This document shows, in pieces, positions 58,137 through 64,000 of a stretch of 64,000 nucleotides of DNA. Each line of letters opens with the position of its first letter. Positions within the stretch are counted from its first letter, which is position 1. The position numbers and the translations under genes were made by a program. The stretch is from an uncultured bacterium (lineage in GTDB: Bacteria > Armatimonadota > Abditibacteriia > Abditibacteriales > Abditibacteriaceae): positions 310,001 to 374,000 of the forward strand of contig CAWJLW010000006.1 of assembly GCA_963843795.1 (NCBI GenBank), written 5' to 3'. The notes beneath the pieces are model-generated. The model saw nothing but the letters and a program-made list of their open reading frames with translations. It was not told the origin of the DNA and did not search any database.

Positions 58137-59747
58137 TTATTCAGGCGTGCGATTTGGATGTTCGCGGGTGGCTTGATACCAGTTCTCGACCTGAGCGCGC
58201 CATTGCGAGTCGGGAAAGCGTCGCACGAACTCGTCCAAAAGTTGCGCGGCGACAATTGGATCGTCCAAGCGTTCGAGATAGATTTGCGCGCCGCGTAACA
58301 ACGCGGCTTCGCTTTGAGGGGCTTTGGGATGAAAATAAGCGATCTTGACGATGGTTTCCGCCGCGCCGCGCCATTGACTGCGCCGCATCATCTGCTGGCC
58401 CAGCGCCATCTGAATCTGGGGCGGTAACACCCAATCGGGATAATGCGTGGCGGCCTCGAGATATAAGTTTGCACCCTGTGCATTTTCGTTGCTTTTGAGA
58501 AATTTTCCGATGGCGAGAGCATAGTTTTTCAATGCGGCTTCGCGGTCGCCGCGCTGGGTGTGCGCCTCGGCCAGCAGTTGATAACCAACCGGATCGTCGG
58601 GCTTCATTTGCACTACTTTTTTGGCCGCGTTAAGCGCCGCGTCCGCGCCATTGTAGATGTCATTATCTAAAGAACTGCGCGCGTCATCGACCAGATATTC
58701 GGTCGTGCCTTCGCGCTGAGAACCGATGATCAATGCGTAAATTACGCCGCAGCCCAAACCGCCGATGTGCGCCCAATAAGCCACGCTGCCTTGCTTGCCG
58801 GTTGCAATTTCAAGAAGTGCCGGCAGCAAATTGAAAATCACGATCCATGCGCTGATGACCCACGCGGCAGGCAACTTCCATGTGCCCCACAGCTCGTTTT
58901 CGCCGCGCAGATAAATTGCCAGTCGCACTGCAATTGTGCCTAAAACTGCGCCCGAAGAACCGATGAAAAAATTTAAAAGGCTGCCCACAATGCTGGAGCC
59001 GATAATAAAAACTAAAGTTCCAGACCAATTGAGATAAGCCATTTTGACCGGCGTGCGATAAAAGCGCGGTGCGAACAAGCCTTGCACGCCCGCAATTGCT
59101 CCTGAAGCGCCCAGAAACGGATACAGCAGCGCTTTGGGCGCGAAAGTTTGCGTCATGAGGTGAAACATCAGCAAAGCCGCGAAGCCGCACACGCCATAAG
59201 CCGGAGCGTAAAGTTTTGGCCCCAAAGTGTCTTCGACAGCGCGTCCAAAAACCCACAGCATCAGCATATTGCCCAGAATATGCTCCAAATCGCCGTGCAG
59301 AAACATCGAAGTCAGAATCGTCCACAGTTGAGGCGCGCCGGCGCGGTAAGCGAAAAGATTGGTGGTGTTGGGATGTACGTCGAAAGTGAACAAATCGTCG
59401 AGATGCTCAACTGTCCACTTCAAACGCAGCACAACGGGATTGGTCACGTCGTCGGAATCTTTGGCGAGTTCCGTGAGATCCACGCCTTCGTAACGCAAAT
59501 TTTGCGGCAGTTGCATCTGCTGATCGTCTTTCATCGTTTGAATATTCTCGACGAGCGTGCGCACTTCGGGGCCATCGGTATATAAACAATAATTGGAGTA
59601 CAACGTTGAGCACGCGAAAACCACCAGATTAATGGCGATGAGAAAATAAGTGATGCGAGGCGGGCGACGCGCGGGCCGTTCGACGTTGTAAGGCAGGGAC
59701 AGCAGCGCCAGCACGAATAAAAATAAGGAAAAGAAAAAGGAAAGCAT
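58137..59747 (-). CDS. Rhomboid intramembrane serine protease with C-terminal TPR-like region
   Basis: TSMFLHG..HILGNM, GASGAIAG, AYWAHIGG; helical C-terminus. Confidence 0.9.
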   Translation of the reverse strand: MLSFFFSLFLFVLALLSLPYNVERPARRPPRITYFLIAINLVVFACSTLYSNYCLYTDGPEVRTLVENIQTMKDDQQMQLPQNLRYEGVDLTELAKDSDDVTNPVVLRLKWTVEHLDDLFTFDVHPNTTNLFAYRAGAPQLWTILTSMFLHGDLEHILGNMLMLWVFGRAVEDTLGPKLYAPAYGVCGFAALLMFHLMTQTFAPKALLYPFLGASGAIAGVQGLFAPRFYRTPVKMAYLNWSGTLVFIIGSSIVGSLLNFFIGSSGAVLGTIAVRLAIYLRGENELWGTWKLPAAWVISAWIVIFNLLPALLEIATGKQGSVAYWAHIGGLGCGVIYALIIGSQREGTTEYLVDDARSSLDNDIYNGADAALNAAKKVVQMKPDDPVGYQLLAEAHTQRGDREAALKNYALAIGKFLKSNENAQGANLYLEAATHYPDWVLPPQIQMALGQQMMRRSQWRGAAETIVKIAYFHPKAPQSEAALLRGAQIYLERLDDPIVAAQLLDEFVRRFPDSQWRAQVENWYQATREHPNRTPE

Positions 59748-60021
59748 CGTGAAAATTCCCTACAACTGCTGATAGAAAGTGTGCTGGTTGAATTGAATGT
59801 GGCTTCGTCTAAACCTCCGAAAAGCTCGGAGCTAAAATGCGTTGCGTGTCTTGTGAAATTACGGACGGCACGACATACTGAGGGCACTCGCGCCAGATGC
59901 GAGTTTATTTGTAAAGCCGCAAAAATTCTTTTTCCTGAAAATTTTTCTTGCAAGTACCTGCTGGTCATGATTGAGACAGGAACGAGGTAAAAGGCGCGGT
60001 AGTAATTTACGGTTTAATTTT

Positions 60022-60801
60022 ATGACATATTGTTTGAGTTTATATTGCGAGAGTGGCTTGGTTTTTCTATCCGATTCGCGTTCGAGCGCGGGCATGGACA
60101 ATATTAACGTGCATCCCAAAATGCACGTTTACGAAACGACGGGCGAGCGCGTGATTGTGCTGCAATCGTCGGGCAATTTATCGCTTACTCATTCGGTCTT
60201 AGCGCTCATCGAAGAAGATTACGTCATTGCACAAAACAAAGAAGATCATCGTCATTTGCTCAACCAGAACACGCTTTTCGACACAGCGCGTTATGTCGGA
60301 CAGAAAATTCGTCAGGTGCATGAATTAGATCGTGCCGCGTTGGAAAAAGATGAAATCCGCTTCAACGCGCATTTTTTGGTTGGCGGCCAAATCATCGGTT
60401 TGCCACCGCAAATCTACTACGTATATCCCCAAGGCAACGCGATTCACGCCAGCGAAGATTCACCCTTTTTGCAGATCGGCGAGTTCAAATATGGCAAGCC
60501 GATTTTGGATCGCGGCTTTAATTACACTTCAACTATTGACGAAGCCGTGCGCTACGGCGTGCTGTCGATGGATTCGACGATGAAAAGTAACGTTTCGGTC
60601 GGCCCTCCGATTGACATCATGACTTACAAGCGTGATTCGCTCCATGTCAGCCAGCGCGTGCGCTTGCAAGCTAACGATCCGTATTTGACCAGCGTAAGCA
60701 AACAATGGACAGAAGGTTTAGCTGCCTTAGTTCAAACCGTGCCGATTTTAGAATTTCCACCCGAACCGCAAGATATCAATCCCGAACCTACCAGCGGCTA
60801 A
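60022..60801 (+). CDS. Proteasome-type Ntn protease (Anbu family)
   Basis: MTYC start, SDSRSSAG.DNI, SGNLS, QIGE.KYGKPILDR, SMDSTMKSNVSVGPP. Confidence 0.93.
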   Translation: MTYCLSLYCESGLVFLSDSRSSAGMDNINVHPKMHVYETTGERVIVLQSSGNLSLTHSVLALIEEDYVIAQNKEDHRHLLNQNTLFDTARYVGQKIRQVHELDRAALEKDEIRFNAHFLVGGQIIGLPPQIYYVYPQGNAIHASEDSPFLQIGEFKYGKPILDRGFNYTSTIDEAVRYGVLSMDSTMKSNVSVGPPIDIMTYKRDSLHVSQRVRLQANDPYLTSVSKQWTEGLAALVQTVPILEFPPEPQDINPEPTSG

Positions 60802-60809
60802 ATAGCAAC

Positions 60810-60859
60810 AAAAACCGAAAAGCGCCCCGCAAGTACTTGCGGGGCGCTTTTCGGTTTTT
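60810..60859 (+). terminator. 50-bp perfect palindrome with GCAAGTACTTGC core after Anbu
   Basis: AAAAACCGAAAAGCGCCCC-core-GGGGCGCTTTTCGGTTTTT. Confidence 0.75.
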
Positions 60860-61016
60860 CGGCTTAATATAGTGCGCGCGGCTTTGGCTGTGTTGAAAAC
60901 GCGCGCTGAAATGCGGATGATTGGATTGGAAAAATCTATTTCTATTTTAAGTGAAAATCCATGAGAAAGACATCAGATTTTACACATCGGCAACACGCGC
61001 TGGCTAAGCTGAAAAC

Positions 61017-61835
61017 ATGAATTTAAAAGTCGCGGCTCACGCCGTTTATCACACAGCTTTACAAACTTCTGCTTTATTACAACTGGAAGTTTCCGATGCA
61101 CCCGGACAGCGTACCAAAAGCGAAAGTTTGAATATCGGCCCGCCTCTCGAAGCCGCGCCTTTTTTGGACATTTTTGGTAATCGGAATCGTCAACTCGTTT
61201 CACCTGAAGGTGCCGATTTGACTATTGACTACAACGCGCAAATTTCGCTCGACAGTGACACTTCGCCAATCGCGCCTCGTGATTTGCTCGCCGTGCCGAC
61301 GCCACAATTGTCGCCGCGTGAACTCGCGATGACGTTTCCATCGCGCTACTGTCAAAGCGATTTGCTGGCGCAGGCCGCCAGCGATTTGTTCGGTTCATCC
61401 AAAACAGGCGCGGCACTGGTTTATGAAATCTGCGATTGGATGTTCCATAAAGTGACCTACGAATACGGCCACACCACCGCAACCACGAGCGCAGCCGATA
61501 TTTTTCTCACGCGCATCGGCGTGTGCCGCGATTTCTCCCATTTGGCCATCACCTTTTGCCGCGCGCTGAACTTACCGGCGCGTTATGCTGCGGGCTATTG
61601 TCTCGAACTTGAACCACCCGATTTTCACGCGTATTTTCAGGTTTATCTCGCCGCGCCCAACCCGACGTCCGAAGCGGCCGGACAATGGTATTCGTTCGAT
61701 GCGACGGTCGAAAAGTTGCGACGCGGCCTGGTGAATATCAGCGTGGGCCGCGATGCCGTCGATACTTCAATGCTGACCTTTTTCGGAAACGCTGAACTCA
61801 AAGAACAAACTGTCAGTGTGCAGGAAATCGACTGA
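61017..61835 (+). CDS. Transglutaminase-like protein
   Basis: PSRYCQSD, GVCRDFSH, DFHAYF, FDAT, GRDAVD. Confidence 0.92.
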   Translation: MNLKVAAHAVYHTALQTSALLQLEVSDAPGQRTKSESLNIGPPLEAAPFLDIFGNRNRQLVSPEGADLTIDYNAQISLDSDTSPIAPRDLLAVPTPQLSPRELAMTFPSRYCQSDLLAQAASDLFGSSKTGAALVYEICDWMFHKVTYEYGHTTATTSAADIFLTRIGVCRDFSHLAITFCRALNLPARYAAGYCLELEPPDFHAYFQVYLAAPNPTSEAAGQWYSFDATVEKLRRGLVNISVGRDAVDTSMLTFFGNAELKEQTVSVQEID

Positions 61836-61879
61836 GATTGATGAAAGCGAGCTGCAAGTACTTGCAGCGCAATTTTATT

Positions 61880-63164
61880 TCACGGCACCCAACCGTGGCG
61901 CACAAAAGCGGAAAAAAGCAGCAGATTAACAAACACGAGCGCTTCAATTGTCCAGCGCAGGCGATTTTTGCGCGCGGCGATAATCGCGATGGCAATTGGC
62001 AGAAGCCACGCTAGAAAAACGTGGCGCGGCAGGCTGAGATAGGGCGCGGAGTAAAAACACAAAGCCGCAGCGATGGCAGCCAGCGAATATACGATTTCGG
62101 TGGCGTGCGGTCGCGGTCGCAAGTACTCTGCAGGCCCATAACCCAAAGCCCGCCATCGCCCAACCCAGCAGCCAGTCAATATACAGCGCATAAGCGGTGG
62201 GAGTTTCGGAAAGGGGAAACGCCTTAATTAAACGCAAGGTTTCCAGAAACGGTTTCCATGGCGTGCTCAGGCCCGAACCCGGCACTACTAATCGAGTGGA
62301 AGGTGACACAATCCAACTTTTCACCAGAGCGCCCGCTCCGCTGTCGCTTTCGACTTCGCCCAGAACGAGCACGCGATAAATCGAATACGACGCATAAGCC
62401 AAAATCGGCAGCGACAAAGCGAAAATGCTGGAAGTTTGAAAGCTATGGTGTTTGCTGGCGCTTCGATTTTCGCGCCACATTTGCCACCATTGCCATGCCA
62501 AAGGCAGCAATAAAACCAAACCCTGCTGGCGCGCCAGCGTGGCAGTTGCCGCCAGCGCACCGGCCAGCCACAAGCGCCGCTCGCGCATCGCCCACAGCGC
62601 GCCGATGGACGCGGCCAAAAAAGTGCTTTCGGTGTAAGGCGCGAGCAAGACCCAGCCCAGCGGCCCCAAAACCAACGCCCACGCCGCGCCTTGAATCGCA
62701 GAATGTTGAATTCCAACCGTCAGTTGCGGTGCATAGAATTTGGCGACGTAGCGCGCGATCAAGACACAACAAATCCAGCACGCGAGCGTGGAAACGATGA
62801 GCAGCGAAAGTTGGGCGTTGCCGGTCAAGGCGTAAAAAGGTTTGGCCAAAAGCGGAAACAACGGATGAAACGAAGCGGTGCCATCATCGAGACGATAACC
62901 ACGCGTCACGATGCGTTCATAATATTCGTAATCGTAGCGCATCCATGGCGAAACCCACACGCGATGCCACCAATCTCCGCTGAGCAGATGCGGCGGCCAC
63001 ACCAGCACGCGTTCTTCTAAAACCGTGTCGGGGAACATGGCCGAAATAAACGCGCCCCACGCGCCCCACAGCACGCGAATCAGCAGCAGCATTCGCAGTG
63101 CGCTGAGCCAGTTCGTCCAATCAACCAGAATTTTTGGCTTCGGTTTCATAGCGTCAGATTGCAT
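61880..63164 (-). pseudogene. GT-C (PIG-V/mannosyltransferase-like) membrane glycosyltransferase with apparent +1 frameshift at ~62128 (real or sequencing error)
   Basis: WMRYDYEYY..I..GY, FHPLFP, PYTESTF, RQQG in ORF 61944-63260; hydrophobic C-terminus with SLPRH in ORF 61880-62191; deleting C62128 fuses the two. Confidence 0.75.
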
Positions 63165-63234
63165 AATTATCGAAGAGTTGCCACTACGGTGAGCCACTAC
63201 AGTGCGCCACTTATTACAACAAAAAACAACAAAA

Positions 63235-63278
63235 AAAGCGCGCTGCAAGTACTTGCGCAAGTACTTGCAGCGCGCTTT
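63235..63278 (-). terminator. 44-bp perfect palindrome containing two tandem GCAAGTACTTGC cores
   Basis: AAAGCGCGCT-core-core-AGCGCGCTTT downstream of the transglutaminase. Confidence 0.7.
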
Positions 63279-63296
63279 AGATTGAGCTGAGATATT

Positions 63297-64000
63297 TTAA
63301 ATCGGGTCGGCCCATACGATCATTGACTTCAGTTCGGCGCTGCCGTAAGTCGTAATCATCGCGCAATCGACGGCATCGCGACCGCGCGCAATCGGCACGC
63401 GACCGATGCGCGGAAAATTATGACGCGCATCAAAAGTGTGCCATGCGCCATCGAGCCACACTTCAAACCACGCGTGAAAATCCATCGGCACGTTCGGCGG
63501 CTTGACACCAACATCAGGCATATAGCCGAAACAATAACGCGCAGGAATATTCAAGGCACGGCAGAACGTGATGCCCATGTGCGCGAAATCACGGCAAATG
63601 CCAGTTCCCTGATTCAAAATATCGACCGTTGTCGTGAACGGATTGCTGGCGCCTTTTTGATAACTGATGTTTTCGTGCAGCCAATCGCAAACCGCTTGCA
63701 CGCGCGCCCAGCCCGGCTTGGTGTTGCCGAACAGTTCCCACGCCTTGTTGCTCAAAACATCTGAAAAGCAGTAGCGGCTGCTCAAGGTGTAAACCAGCAC
63801 ATCATCAGGCAACTCTTCTAACGGTTGTTGAATCGCATCAGGAACTTGTGGGTCGGGCGAAGTCGGCACGCGAAAATTTGCGTTGTAGGTAAACTTTGTG
63901 GTTCCCGCGCCGATAGTGAAACGCGTGACATGATTGCCGAAACCGTCCTGATACGAAGTGAAAGGAATCTCTGGTTCGATTTTCCAACTTTCGCTTTCAA
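63297..64000 (-). CDS. Transglutaminase-like protein (5' end beyond window)
   Basis: Frame open to the window edge (YQDGFGN); SSRYCFSD, GICRDFAH, DFHAWFE, FDAR, GRDAVD. Confidence 0.92.
   Translation of the reverse strand, partial: ESESWKIEPEIPFTSYQDGFGNHVTRFTIGAGTTKFTYNANFRVPTSPDPQVPDAIQQPLEELPDDVLVYTLSSRYCFSDVLSNKAWELFGNTKPGWARVQAVCDWLHENISYQKGASNPFTTTVDILNQGTGICRDFAHMGITFCRALNIPARYCFGYMPDVGVKPPNVPMDFHAWFEVWLDGAWHTFDARHNFPRIGRVPIARGRDAVDCAMITTYGSAELKSMIVWADPI

Larger units (their letters stand above)
2355..63268. repeat. Dispersed highly iterated palindrome GCAAGTACTTGC
   Basis: Exact copies start at 2355, 4945, 5523, 6800, 7804, 8751, 11272, 11866, 12331, 16098, 16558, 18221, 19620, 23566, 23628, 25131, 26028, 26448, 28118, 30545, 33022, 33264, 34079, 35254, 36360, 37694, 38524, 38548, 39108, 42112, 42650, 48384, 49050, 51838, 52979, 54461, 56774, 57933, 58078, 60829, 61854, 63245, 63257 (manual count). 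Confidence 0.97.

Noticed and set aside
2355..63268. Palindrome copies as a CRISPR array
   Set aside because: Dispersed at irregular kb-scale distances, only 12 bp conserved, no cas genes

Overview
Bacterial chromosomal window, mid-50s % GC by eye. It is probably Abditibacteriota/Armatimonadota; this is an inference from a 'RARENARRSSCQSNLKQ..QDYDE' DUF1559/H-X9-DG protein and a long diderm-Terrabacteria-type MlaD. Housekeeping genes: glmS, lon, aroK, proA, purL/Q/S/B/D, dnaB, rplI, htpX, mlaEFD and a FecCD/BtuCDF-type ABC importer. Accessory genes: S8 protease, sortase plus likely substrate, a large SBBP/YP-repeat protein, a two-component pair, a DUF1080/Gfo-Idh-MocA/MFS/GH127 sugar cluster, GH10, a yellow/MRJP protein, rhomboid-TPR, Anbu and two transglutaminases. 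No rRNA, tRNA, CRISPR array, transposase or phage genes were seen. The dominant unexplained signal is the perfect 12-bp palindrome GCAAGTACTTGC. I counted about 43 exact copies and about 13 near-copies by eye, against about 0.004 expected by chance. It sits at most gene junctions as the centre of longer perfect palindromes with copy-specific arms, and it also lies inside genes in all three frames. One corrupted copy coincides exactly with a frameshift.
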